A stretch of DNA of 53,459 nucleotides. Source: a virus. Its lineage: Duplodnaviria > Caudoviricetes. Each line of letters starts with the position of its first letter. Within the stretch, counting starts at the first letter, position 1. Where the stretch lies: positions 1 to 53,459 of IMG/VR virus record IMGVR_UViG_3300017987_000115, one strand, 5' to 3'. Of this stretch, positions 26,676 through 36,019 are shown piece after piece. The translations under genes were made by a program, and so were the position numbers. The notes under the pieces are model-generated. The model worked only from the letters and a program-made list of their open reading frames with translations. It searched no databases and had not been told where the DNA came from.

Positions 26676-29086
26676 TGTTAATACCAGTCGATACAAGATT
26701 TGAAACTGAAAGCGAAAGAAGAGCAAACCCACGTCCGAGGTCTTTACTTGAAATTATTATGGACGACGGTTCCCACTATGAGTTTGGATATGTCTATGAC
26801 CGTAAAAGTCACAGTGACATAAATGTTTCTATACTTCAAACGGGAACTGTTGACAGAAGGTATGAGATTTTTGGAGAGGTTGGAGCAAGTTTTGCTGGCC
26901 AGGTTACGGTAACGGTTTCTAACTTAGATAAAAGATTTAACCCAGGAAACTCTTCAAGCGAATATTATTCAGGTCTACTAGGAAAAGCAGCGATACTGCA
27001 TATATTCTTTGACTTGGTCGAAGACCCTCAGTACATGTCAGAAGAGCTTTACATGGCAGACGATGAGTATATGTCAGATGACTTCACAGACGCTGTTGCT
27101 GTGTTTACTGGTATCATTGAAGAAATTGATAATAGTAATGAAGGCTATACAAGCATAATACTAAAAGACGCTCTTCAGCCTTTGGTTGAAGCCACGTTTC
27201 CAGACACTGGTTATATAGACGGTACTGGTGTAGATATTATCAAGTATCTTGTTGAGACGTACTCAAGTATAAACGTCGACGATTATTCTTACTTGGTTGC
27301 AAGAAAGTATGCACCTGGAACTGAAATGCGTTTAACATGGGAGCTTGGAGATCGTGTTATCGATAAGATTTCAGAGGTGCATAAAGCAATTGGAACGTCT
27401 TGCTTCGCAGACGAGAATAATAATTTAATTATATATAGGCTAGGTCAAGAATCTGGAGAGTATCTTTTAGCCAAAAGACGTGATACTAATACCTATAGTA
27501 TGTATGACGCAACAAAGACCGGAGACAGAGCAAATTTTAACGTCATAAATTCTCAGTCACAGTTGACACTTCTTAACGTTGTTAACCGTATTGAGTTTAC
27601 TTATACAGATTGGAATGGAGACGAACGAACTTATATTGTGAACGATACGGAGTCTCAAAATGATTATGGAGTTCGTCTTCTTCAGATATCGACAACTGTT
27701 ATAATGGGAGAAAATGTCGCGTCTACATGGCCAAGAAGAATTATAAAAAGGTTTTCACAACCCAAACGTAATTATTCTTATAAGTCTACACTACGTTTTG
27801 GAATGTTGAATCAGATAGGCGATATTATAGTACTAACAGATCCTACGCATAGTGAGTCGTCAGGGTTATTTAGAATGTTGGCTACTGGTAAGAATGTTGT
27901 AGAGACAGATGTTCAGATTGAAGTCGAAGATGTTGAAAACGAGTTGGATGATAAATTTGCTTTTGCTGGGTCTGACATTGCTGGGTACTACGGTGACAGG
28001 CGATCGGACGTTCTAGACTTCATTCATAACAAGAGTTTCCTCTATGCCAAAGACCCAGGTGTAGACGATACTCCTATGAGATGGAATACTTATTCAGGAA
28101 CCGGTGGAGCTCTTGACGTAATAGATACGGACTATAAGTTTGACGATAAGTGTGTAAACTGGACCTCCGCAGCTGCGAGTAGGAAATGGTCAACTGTTTT
28201 AAACCTACAGTCTTTGACTAATAATAGATATTATTATTTTTCTGTTTATATAAAAGGAACTCTTACGTCTGGAACACCTAAGATTGAAGTTGTTGATAGC
28301 GTAGGTACGTCTCTTGGATCTATCAGCATAACTTCTTCTTACGCAAGCTGGACGAGGATTAGCTTCAGACTTACTACAAACTCCAATACTCCGCTCGAGG
28401 TAGTGCTTGATAGTGCGGGAGCGACGTTTGACTTTTTACTTGACGGTATTCAGATTGACTTTGCTTACTGGAACGACTACGACCTTGAGCTTGGAACGAT
28501 AGGCTCCACTCCTCCTGGATGGATTACAGTAAAAGACGGAGGGACGGGGTTTACTAATCAAACTAACGGACTGCTCGCGCATGAAGGTTCTCAATGCATG
28601 ATTGTAACTAACAGTCTAGGTTTTGGGCATACGTATAGACTTCTTGACAAGGCTCTTGAGCCAGGTAGTTACACACTCTCATTTTATATGTATGCGTCTA
28701 CAGCCATGGACACCACCGACGTATCTATTCTCCAGAAAGACGGAACTCCGTTGACTACTCCAGCGTCTTTAAACTTCGTATCTGGATTTACAACTGGGTG
28801 GCCGTACATTCAATACTCGATTCCGTTTACTGTTGGCGATAACGACCTTCAGCAGTTGATGATTGAAATTAGAACCTATAACTCTGTTAACGCTTCCCCC
28901 AGGTTTGACTTGTTTGATATTGCAACCGCATTAAATGTCGACGAGTTCAAAATCTTGTGGTCGAGCTTTGCTTATGCAAGTAAGTCAGATGGCGACGCCA
29001 ACCCCGGATTCGACTCAGATGGAAACGTCAACGGTCAGATTGACCCAGGTTATATGGAAGGGTTTGAAGACCACTACAAGGCTTAA
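26675..29086 (+). CDS. tail tip/hub protein with carbohydrate-binding-like domains
   Basis: V.VSN.D.RFNP, VFTG.I, N.I.....ESQ..YG motifs; CBM-like YYFSVYIK...WTRIS...DGIQ. Confidence 0.75.
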   Translation: MLIPVDTRFETESERRANPRPRSLLEIIMDDGSHYEFGYVYDRKSHSDINVSILQTGTVDRRYEIFGEVGASFAGQVTVTVSNLDKRFNPGNSSSEYYSGLLGKAAILHIFFDLVEDPQYMSEELYMADDEYMSDDFTDAVAVFTGIIEEIDNSNEGYTSIILKDALQPLVEATFPDTGYIDGTGVDIIKYLVETYSSINVDDYSYLVARKYAPGTEMRLTWELGDRVIDKISEVHKAIGTSCFADENNNLIIYRLGQESGEYLLAKRRDTNTYSMYDATKTGDRANFNVINSQSQLTLLNVVNRIEFTYTDWNGDERTYIVNDTESQNDYGVRLLQISTTVIMGENVASTWPRRIIKRFSQPKRNYSYKSTLRFGMLNQIGDIIVLTDPTHSESSGLFRMLATGKNVVETDVQIEVEDVENELDDKFAFAGSDIAGYYGDRRSDVLDFIHNKSFLYAKDPGVDDTPMRWNTYSGTGGALDVIDTDYKFDDKCVNWTSAAASRKWSTVLNLQSLTNNRYYYFSVYIKGTLTSGTPKIEVVDSVGTSLGSISITSSYASWTRISFRLTTNSNTPLEVVLDSAGATFDFLLDGIQIDFAYWNDYDLELGTIGSTPPGWITVKDGGTGFTNQTNGLLAHEGSQCMIVTNSLGFGHTYRLLDKALEPGSYTLSFYMYASTAMDTTDVSILQKDGTPLTTPASLNFVSGFTTGWPYIQYSIPFTVGDNDLQQLMIEIRTYNSVNASPRFDLFDIATALNVDEFKILWSSFAYASKSDGDANPGFDSDGNVNGQIDPGYMEGFEDHYKA

Positions 29087-29096
29087 GGAGATAAAA

Positions 29097-29774
29097 ATGT
29101 CACAAGATATAAATCCTGTAACTGCAGCATTTCAAAAAGCTGCGGGATTATTGGATTATAAGGACCCTTGGACCGACCAATATTCTGCTCTTATTGGAGG
29201 GAATACAGGTTACAATTTTCAACGGCTTCCTAAGATGGCTTCTGAATTTACGTTTGGAAGTTCCCCAACTCCTCCAACAAATGACAGAGGACACATCATT
29301 GGAATTTATACAACGTTCACAGACAATAACCCACTTCTCATTGACGACGAGTTTGACTGGACAGACAGACTTGTTACATTCATAGGTCAGATCGGACCAA
29401 ACGACTCTAACTATACAAACTTTGAGCCAGGCGGAGCGAATATGCATCAATGGAACTCGTCAATATACTATGATGCAAATGCGTCGCCAAATCAATTTAC
29501 TTTTATAAGTGACGGGTCTGGAACTTACATAGGGCTACCGGTTATAGCCCACGGTTATTTTGCTGCAGGAAATGATTCGCCTCCCAGCTCAGACGGACAG
29601 TTGTGGATTAAGTATTATCACGGAACACCGTCTCTTCAATTGCTTGGAAAGCTTACGCCTAAGACAAACGGCGATCTTTACGGTATTATAACTGTTCCAG
29701 CTTCAATTACACAAGGTATTGTGCTTTCTGGTACGCTGATAGCGCATCCGAAAGCTGGATACAAAAATTTATAG
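29097..29774 (+). CDS. tail-associated or receptor-binding protein
   Basis: AAGGAG SD at ATG 29097; end of the tail module. Confidence 0.6.
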   Translation: MSQDINPVTAAFQKAAGLLDYKDPWTDQYSALIGGNTGYNFQRLPKMASEFTFGSSPTPPTNDRGHIIGIYTTFTDNNPLLIDDEFDWTDRLVTFIGQIGPNDSNYTNFEPGGANMHQWNSSIYYDANASPNQFTFISDGSGTYIGLPVIAHGYFAAGNDSPPSSDGQLWIKYYHGTPSLQLLGKLTPKTNGDLYGIITVPASITQGIVLSGTLIAHPKAGYKNL

Positions 29775-29781
29775 TAGGAGT

Positions 29782-30462
29782 GTGACGATGCCACCTCGTA
29801 TGAAACTTGTACTACCTCCAATCACGTTTGACGCAGGTCACGGAGGAGACCATACAGGAGCCGTGACATATTTTCCTGGGACAAAAATTCCTTGGTTAAT
29901 CGAAGCGGCGTTGAATTGGTCTGTTGTCGGTAAAGTATGCGTTGAAGCAAACGTTGCGTCAAAGTGTATTAACGAAACAAGGGTGAGACCTTGGGACGCA
30001 CCAAACCTTGAAGACAGAGCTGAATTTGCAAACTCAAAAAATTCAAACCTCTTTGTATCTGTTCATTTTAATGCAGCGGAAGATCCAAGCGCACATGGTA
30101 TAGAAGTTCTGTACCACCCTGGGTCAAAAGAAAACAGGAGCATGATAGTCGCTGAACGTATGCAAGATATATTGATACGTATGACGAGTGCAAGAGACCG
30201 AGGAATTAAACCACGTGAAGATCTTGTAGTTCTCAACAAAACACTCATGCCAGCTGTACTTGTTGAATGTGGTTTCATTTCCAATCCAGAGGAAGCTTCT
30301 TATATTGCAATGGACAGCTATCTTGATTGTCTTGCTGCTGGAATCTGGAGAGGAACTATTGAAGGGTTGAAAGCCATTGGAGTTAGACCGAAGATGGTTC
30401 CGTTGATAGAGAAGGGCGTTCCGGCCGGACCGTTCAATCCCAGAGTTCCCCAAAAACCATAG
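29782..30462 (+). CDS. endolysin, N-acetylmuramoyl-L-alanine amidase (Amidase_3)
   Basis: DAGHGG, E...N, SVHFNA, AVLVECGFISN Zn-amidase motifs. Confidence 0.93.
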   Translation: MTMPPRMKLVLPPITFDAGHGGDHTGAVTYFPGTKIPWLIEAALNWSVVGKVCVEANVASKCINETRVRPWDAPNLEDRAEFANSKNSNLFVSVHFNAAEDPSAHGIEVLYHPGSKENRSMIVAERMQDILIRMTSARDRGIKPREDLVVLNKTLMPAVLVECGFISNPEEASYIAMDSYLDCLAAGIWRGTIEGLKAIGVRPKMVPLIEKGVPAGPFNPRVPQKP

Positions 30463-30473
30463 AGGAGTTTACC

Positions 30474-30887
30474 ATGGAGATTTTGGCTCAAGTTCTGCAG
30501 TTTGTGAGAGAGGTAATGTCCCATCTTGTCGATACGGACGTTATCGCATTTTTGGTAGCTATTGTATTGGCGGTTATGAAAGTACGTCAATTCAAAGACA
30601 ACAAAATCGCAGAAGTTGCTTTGGAAGTTTTCAATTTCGTAGAGAAGATTTACGAATTGAGAACTGAAGAATACGGTGACGAACCTAGCTACATTGTCAA
30701 GGCCAGGCTGTTCAAAGAAGAGTTTGAAAGGGCTTGGAGAAAAGAAACAAAAGGAAAGAGCCCATCAGCTGTCGAGATTCACAAGGCTACCAAGGAAGCT
30801 ACAAAACGTTCTCACGAAAGAAAAAGCGGAGCTAAAAAAGTTGCCGAACTGATCAAAACTTTCGCAGCACTGAAGGGAATCAAATGA
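30474..30887 (+). CDS. putative holin (single N-terminal TM)
   Basis: VIAFLVAIVLAVM TM segment adjacent to the endolysin. Confidence 0.55.
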   Translation: MEILAQVLQFVREVMSHLVDTDVIAFLVAIVLAVMKVRQFKDNKIAEVALEVFNFVEKIYELRTEEYGDEPSYIVKARLFKEEFERAWRKETKGKSPSAVEIHKATKEATKRSHERKSGAKKVAELIKTFAALKGIK

Positions 30888-31576
30888 GCAAACGTACCAA
30901 ATGGAACAACAGGGTACGCAAAAAGTTTAACGCACCTCTCGATTATAAAGTACCTGTCTTTGCAAAGAACGACCCTATCGAAGAAATGTACGGGCTCGTC
31001 GAACCTGGCGACGCTTTACTTTCAGTCAGTTGGTCGAACGGCAGAGCCTACAAACTTCGGTACGGGTATCCTTTCACTCACTATGCGCAGGTATGCAACA
31101 ACCTTCAATTGTCCGAAGCTTTAAAGGGAGGCGTAACACTCACACGTTTTGACAAGTATTGGAAGTCCTCGTTTGCGATACTTAGGTGGAACGGCATCGC
31201 TCCAGAGCAGCAGCAGATTATAGTCAACACGGCTTTAGACCTTGTCGGTATTCCTTATGACTGGGGAGAATTGAGTTGGCTTTTAGGACAAGGTCTTATA
31301 AGTGTTGCAGCTGGACCTGTTGCGTTAACAGGAAGAGTCGGACTTGCTCTCGGTATGAAGTTCTTATCAAGACTGATGATGAAATTCAATCCGTTAGATA
31401 AAAGGACTGAATTGATATGTACTGACGTAGGGGCAAAAGGTGCACTTAAAGCGGGTCTTCCTATACATGAATTTAAAGTAGGTAAAGGATGCTACGCTCC
31501 AGCGATGTGGGCTATGCGTCCAAGCCTATTAAGTTGGATAGCTATAAGACACTGTAAAAACGGACCTCAAGATTAA
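30884..31576 (+). CDS. permuted papain-like (YaeF/YiiX-type NlpC/P60) enzyme
   Basis: PGDALL, FTHYA, EA...GV, GIPYDW, LICTDV; His precedes the catalytic Cys. Confidence 0.8.
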   Translation: MSKRTKWNNRVRKKFNAPLDYKVPVFAKNDPIEEMYGLVEPGDALLSVSWSNGRAYKLRYGYPFTHYAQVCNNLQLSEALKGGVTLTRFDKYWKSSFAILRWNGIAPEQQQIIVNTALDLVGIPYDWGELSWLLGQGLISVAAGPVALTGRVGLALGMKFLSRLMMKFNPLDKRTELICTDVGAKGALKAGLPIHEFKVGKGCYAPAMWAMRPSLLSWIAIRHCKNGPQD

Positions 31577-31693
31577 CTCAAAGTTAGGGGGATACCTCCC
31601 TCCCTTATAATCGGTCGTATACCTTTTTTACTAAGTTAGTTACTTATATTAAAAAAGAAAAGGAGACCAAGGAGCCCCAAATATTGAGTTGAA
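31573..31693. repeat. ~121 bp long-hairpin element B (paralog of 5193-5317)
   Basis: TTAACTCAAA...TTGAGTTGAA termini; shares CCTCCCTC, TTACTT and GAAAAG blocks with element A. Confidence 0.65.
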
Positions 31694-31858
31694 ATTAAAC
31701 CTGAAGCATTCACGTTACTAAACTGTTTGAAATTGTCGGTTTAGTGACGTGAATTTATAGTTTTGACGAAATTTAGTGGCGTAAACTAAGTAGCGTTCTA
31801 GAATTCACGCCTAAGGTCAGTAAAATTACGCTGTATTTGGGCTAATTCCATGGCATTG

Positions 31859-31934
31859 TAAAATATCCACAATTAACGGGCTTTATTTGAATAAAAAGAT
31901 TGTTTAAAATATCCACAATTAACGGGCTTTATTT
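31859..31934. repeat. two 30-bp direct repeats containing a DnaA-box-like ATATCCACA
   Basis: TAAAATATCCACAATTAACGGGCTTTATTT at 31859-31888 and 31905-31934. Confidence 0.85.
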
Positions 31935-31957
31935 TTTGTCTTAACCAATTTTTCCTG

Positions 31958-31986
31958 TTGCTAAAGGTCCAAAATAGAGGGATAAT
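31958..31986 (+). promoter_or_regulatory. putative sigma70-type promoter for the replication arm
   Basis: cctgTTGCTA-N17-GATAAT. Confidence 0.6.
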
Positions 31987-32132
31987 AAGCTTGATGAGAT
32001 TACCGGGAAGAAAAGACTGGGATCGCAGATTTAATCCCACTACGGTATTCTCAACAAATCCATATTCGGAGGTGTTGATGGATTCATTGGTTCGGGTTTC
32101 TTTTTCCAAAAATCAAATGAGGTGAAACGAGA

Positions 32133-32666
32133 ATGGTAAAGAAGAAAAGCAAGGGTGACAAAAGTAAAAAGTCTGTGAATGAAAAAAAGAAGTCGCAGGT
32201 TGAAAGGCTGAAAGCTCAAAAGGAAAAACTGGAGAATCGGATTGCTCCGGTCCAGGAAAGAGCTGACACACAGTTCGACAAGTTCATGGAAGTGCTTGGA
32301 AAGTCTGAAGTGAGACTTCTCAAGCACGCCATGTATTTAGAAAAGCACGAAGGTGAGGAAGACGAACGTTCTGAAAAGAAGCTCATTTCTTTCCACCGTA
32401 TCCGTGAAAGGGCCGATCGGATATTCGAGCGTTTTGTCAGGGTTGACAATCGGTTGGATAAGTACCGTGCCAAGCTTGAAGTGATTGACTCCAAGCTCGA
32501 AAAACTTCGGATCGGAAAAGCCCGTGTCTGGGTGCGGTGCGGAAACAACTCTGCGAACTGCCGTTCCATCAACTGCGCTCGTGACGTTGCGGCCATGATG
32601 CGTGCCAATGGCGACGACGTTGAAATCGTCGTGACCGACCGGGCAGTGAAACAGCTCGGTGAATAG
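32133..32666 (+). CDS. coiled-coil basic hypothetical protein
   Basis: GAGGTG SD; heptad-rich sequence. Confidence 0.75.
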   Translation: MVKKKSKGDKSKKSVNEKKKSQVERLKAQKEKLENRIAPVQERADTQFDKFMEVLGKSEVRLLKHAMYLEKHEGEEDERSEKKLISFHRIRERADRIFERFVRVDNRLDKYRAKLEVIDSKLEKLRIGKARVWVRCGNNSANCRSINCARDVAAMMRANGDDVEIVVTDRAVKQLGE

Positions 32667-32758
32667 ATAAGATAAGTTTGGATATGGAGGCGCACGCCAA
32701 CATGGTTGGCAACCAGAGCTACCTCAGAGAAACCAAAACTAAAGGAGACCATTTAATT

Positions 32759-33763
32759 ATGGCAAAGAAAAAGAAGGCCAAAGGAAAGGCCAAAGGAAAA
32801 GGCAAGGCCAAGCGTTCCCCATCGCAAAAAGGCCTGGTCAAGAAAGGCGTTCGCAAAGTCGAGCGTGGATTGAAGAAAGCTGCAAAGACCGTTTCACGCT
32901 ATGCGAAAGCTTCGGCGAAGTCGGCCAAGTACCTGGAGCAGCTTGTGTCAGTGCTTGACAGCACGAAGTCGGAACTGGCAGAGCTGAAAAAGTCAGCGTC
33001 AGCCAAGGTGCCGAAGGAAAAGAAAGAAAAGAAGTCCAAGAAGGGCAAGAGCAAAAAGGCAAAGAAAGCCAAGAAGGTCGACAAGGCCGAAGCACCGAAG
33101 AAAAGGAAGAAGGCCAAAAAAGCCAAGAAGGTCAAAAAGGCCCAAAAGGAAGAATCCGAAGACGGTCGAAAGGGCTCCCTCATTTCCAGCGATAACCAAG
33201 CACATGAAATGGGGGAGCCCATTTCATCTTTTACTAAGAGAAAAGTCACGAAGTCTTTCAGTGAAAAGTTTGTTGAAAGGGTTGCTCTGATTGAGCAACC
33301 CAGCAATATTAATAAGTTTGTTCAAGTGTTCAGAGGAGTTAGCGGCAAAGAGTACAGAGTGGAACCTATGCAGAGGTGTTCTGATGCTACGCTAGGCGAC
33401 ATTGGTGACATTGTTATTAGGCACGGTCATGGTTGGAGTCATTACTACTTCTACCCAGCAAACGGACCTATTAAAAAGAAAGATAAGTTCAGGTACTTTG
33501 TTTTGTTTGATCCGTCTATAAGATATTACATTGTTGTTAGGGATAAGTTGTCTCACATTAAACAGTCTCACCAGGCTGGTGAGTACGTTATGCTTGATAA
33601 GAAAACAGCTGCGTTGAAAAATGCAAAGACTTCTAATCATCAGTGTAGACTTCATAGAAACAAAAACGGAAACCACGGTGGACTGAAAAACCGTGATATT
33701 ATATTCAGGGACCGTAAGCTTAAGGTTAAAAGAAAGAAGAGAGCAAAGGAGACTGGAAAATGA
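32759..33763 (+). CDS. histone H1-like Lys/Ala-rich protein with a globular C-terminal domain
   Basis: AAGGAG SD; KKAKKAKK repeats. Confidence 0.7.
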   Translation: MAKKKKAKGKAKGKGKAKRSPSQKGLVKKGVRKVERGLKKAAKTVSRYAKASAKSAKYLEQLVSVLDSTKSELAELKKSASAKVPKEKKEKKSKKGKSKKAKKAKKVDKAEAPKKRKKAKKAKKVKKAQKEESEDGRKGSLISSDNQAHEMGEPISSFTKRKVTKSFSEKFVERVALIEQPSNINKFVQVFRGVSGKEYRVEPMQRCSDATLGDIGDIVIRHGHGWSHYYFYPANGPIKKKDKFRYFVLFDPSIRYYIVVRDKLSHIKQSHQAGEYVMLDKKTAALKNAKTSNHQCRLHRNKNGNHGGLKNRDIIFRDRKLKVKRKKRAKETGK

Positions 33764-34269
33764 AAAACGTAATCGAGTTTGAGATGGTCAATTACAAGCT
33801 TATGCAAAAGCTCTGTAAATTGACAAATGTGTTTGTCCAGAATATGCTGGACATGAAAGAGGACGTCGAGTTCCCTATCAGGGTAACAGTGGGCGATGAG
33901 GACGAGAGTTACGTTGTCCTTATCAAAAAGAAGTTGTCGAAGCGTCGTCGTAAAGAGCTCGAAGAAGGTAGTGACGAAATCGTGGACCTGGACGACGATG
34001 AAGAGGAAGAGGAAAAGCCGGCTAAGTTAAATAAGAAACCGGGTAAGGGTAAGGCCTCTAAGAAGGCAGTGCGGAAGGCCCCTCCAGCACACGCTACAGG
34101 CCCCATAGAGGCCCCGAAGGGGGAAGACCGGCCCAAGGCCCCGACCTCTGGACCGGTCACAGACTCCATGGGCCGTAAGGTCATAAACAACACGCCTGTA
34201 AAGGCTATGTCAAAGAACCAGGCCAAGAAGAAAAAGAAGGCCAAGGCCAAAGCCAAAAGGAAGAAGTAA
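33760..34269 (+). CDS. hypothetical protein with acidic and basic low-complexity tail
   Basis: AAGGAG SD; ATGA coupling. Confidence 0.7.
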   Translation: MKNVIEFEMVNYKLMQKLCKLTNVFVQNMLDMKEDVEFPIRVTVGDEDESYVVLIKKKLSKRRRKELEEGSDEIVDLDDDEEEEEKPAKLNKKPGKGKASKKAVRKAPPAHATGPIEAPKGEDRPKAPTSGPVTDSMGRKVINNTPVKAMSKNQAKKKKKAKAKAKRKK

Positions 34270-34270
34270 A

Positions 34271-34594
34271 ATGGGACCGAATACTGACGCGATCTTGAAA
34301 CAGGTTCGTAAACACCTTCCTTCGATCGTAGCTGAATATACAAAACTGCGACGTACGCCTGTAAACATTGGGAAAGGCGTTGACACAGTTTTGCTTGGAG
34401 ACTGGCACGGACCGCACCAGCCTATGGCAGCTGTAGATGAAGAGAACCATTTCATTTTGCTTATAGTCAACAATAGTGTTATGGTTCGCTTTCAAGCAAG
34501 GCATGACTGTGTTAAAGGTTCGTGGTTTTATCCTGTAAAGGATGTTGCAGACGCGATTGTAAAAGCGTGGGAGTCTACAAGCATATGTGAATAG
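34271..34594 (+). CDS. hypothetical protein
   Basis: Tightly packed ORF. Confidence 0.65.
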   Translation: MGPNTDAILKQVRKHLPSIVAEYTKLRRTPVNIGKGVDTVLLGDWHGPHQPMAAVDEENHFILLIVNNSVMVRFQARHDCVKGSWFYPVKDVADAIVKAWESTSICE

Positions 34595-34615
34595 GTTTGG
34601 CCGTTAAAATTCCTG

Positions 34616-34644
34616 TTGCTTTTGTTGGTGTGTTGTTGTATAAT
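34616..34644 (+). promoter_or_regulatory. sigma70-type promoter
   Basis: cctgTTGCTT-N17-TATAAT. Confidence 0.75.
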
Positions 34645-34673
34645 AACGTTTGTCATTGAAGGGAGATTGTAAA

Positions 34674-34880
34674 ATGAAAAGACTGGTTCGTTATTTGTTT
34701 TCTTGTTTGATTTGGAAGTGCGAAGTTTCTTTTCATGAAGAGACAGGCACGTGGTTCTATAATTGCACAAGTCGATTTAAGAAGAGAAAACCTTTTCCAC
34801 GTTGTGTTTCAAAGCATGGAACCAATTTTGATTCGAAGCGTGAAGCTTTGGGTGCCATGAAGAGGGCACTGGTAAATTAA
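34674..34880 (+). CDS. small hypothetical protein
   Basis: GGGAG SD; directly after the promoter. Confidence 0.6.
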   Translation: MKRLVRYLFSCLIWKCEVSFHEETGTWFYNCTSRFKKRKPFPRCVSKHGTNFDSKREALGAMKRALVN

Positions 34881-34889
34881 AACTGGAGA

Positions 34890-35522
34890 GTGAAAGTGAA
34901 GTTAAAGAAGACTGGTAAGAAAAAAACAAAAACCCAAAAGTCCAAACGCAAAAAAAGTAAACTTACAACACGTAAGACTTTTTCTGTCACGGACGATAGC
35001 CACGGACCTCCATACAACGTATGGGAAAAGATGAATCTATTCATCGATACATGTCATGGTCTAAAAGGCAAAAACCTAAGAAACTTTGTCAGGCAAACGT
35101 ATCACGATTTATTTGCAATTAGACCTGGTCCGAATATTCCAACTGCTCTTGTAAGAGCTGCATGTGGATACGAACTTCAATATAGAGGCTTCATTGAGTA
35201 TGGTATGGAGCATTTGATTTCTGACAGGTTTAAACAAAATAGAGAGTGCTTGCTTTTGTTAGACGTTAATAAGTTGCATCCTAAGTTAGGCGACATATTA
35301 CGTATTTCAATACGTAATGAAGACAAGCAATTGGAAAGGGAAGCTGCAAAAGAGGAACGTCGGCAAGCTAGAGAAAAACGTAGAGAAGAAAGACTTAATA
35401 AAAGGAAGGTGGCTAAAGGTTCTGAAAAGATTTTGAAGAAGCATAGGAAAAAGAAGCGTAAGAAAAAGAAGAAAGAAAAGACTGTTAGTGAGTACGCTTC
35501 ATTGTTGGAAGGTCTGAAATGA
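34890..35522 (+). CDS. hypothetical protein with polybasic termini
   Basis: GGAG SD; GTG start. Confidence 0.7.
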   Translation: MKVKLKKTGKKKTKTQKSKRKKSKLTTRKTFSVTDDSHGPPYNVWEKMNLFIDTCHGLKGKNLRNFVRQTYHDLFAIRPGPNIPTALVRAACGYELQYRGFIEYGMEHLISDRFKQNRECLLLLDVNKLHPKLGDILRISIRNEDKQLEREAAKEERRQAREKRREERLNKRKVAKGSEKILKKHRKKKRKKKKKEKTVSEYASLLEGLK

Positions 35523-36019
35523 GACTGGTAAAAGCGTACGCAGGTATTGGATCGAGAGAGACGCCAGATCCGATATTGGACTACATGAAAAACGTTGCCG
35601 TACTACTGGCCAATAACGGATATCTGTTGCGGTCTGGTGGCGCAAAGGGAGCTGACTCTGCTTTTGAAGAAGGGTGTGATCGAGTAAAAGGAAAGAAAGA
35701 GATATTTTATCCAGAGCGTGCTACAGATGCAGCGATTAAGCTAGCTTCTGACTTGCATCCAGCATGGCATAGGTGCAGTTCTTACGCTAGAAAACTACAC
35801 GGTAGAAATGTGCAGATTATAAAAGGGAGGTACTATCCTCGCAAAATTCACTCTGTAAAATTTGTAGTATGTTGGCAAGATCCGAACAAGAAGTTTGGTG
35901 GAACACGTATGGGAATGAGTGTTGCAGAACGGTTTGGTATAGATGTATGGAACCTTGCAATAGTAGAACTTCGTGAAGCGTTTGAGCATCACATAATTAA
36001 TAAGTTAGGGAAAGTGTGA
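35519..36019 (+). CDS. SLOG-family (DprA/Smf-like) protein
   Basis: YAGIGSRETP, LRSGGAKGADSAFEEG, GGT motifs. Confidence 0.85.
   Translation: MRLVKAYAGIGSRETPDPILDYMKNVAVLLANNGYLLRSGGAKGADSAFEEGCDRVKGKKEIFYPERATDAAIKLASDLHPAWHRCSSYARKLHGRNVQIIKGRYYPRKIHSVKFVVCWQDPNKKFGGTRMGMSVAERFGIDVWNLAIVELREAFEHHIINKLGKV

Noticed and set aside
31859-31934. Mini-CRISPR array
   Set aside because: Only two repeats with a 16-bp gap and no cas operon. The Cas4-like gene is an ordinary phage exonuclease beside the AAA/SSB genes.
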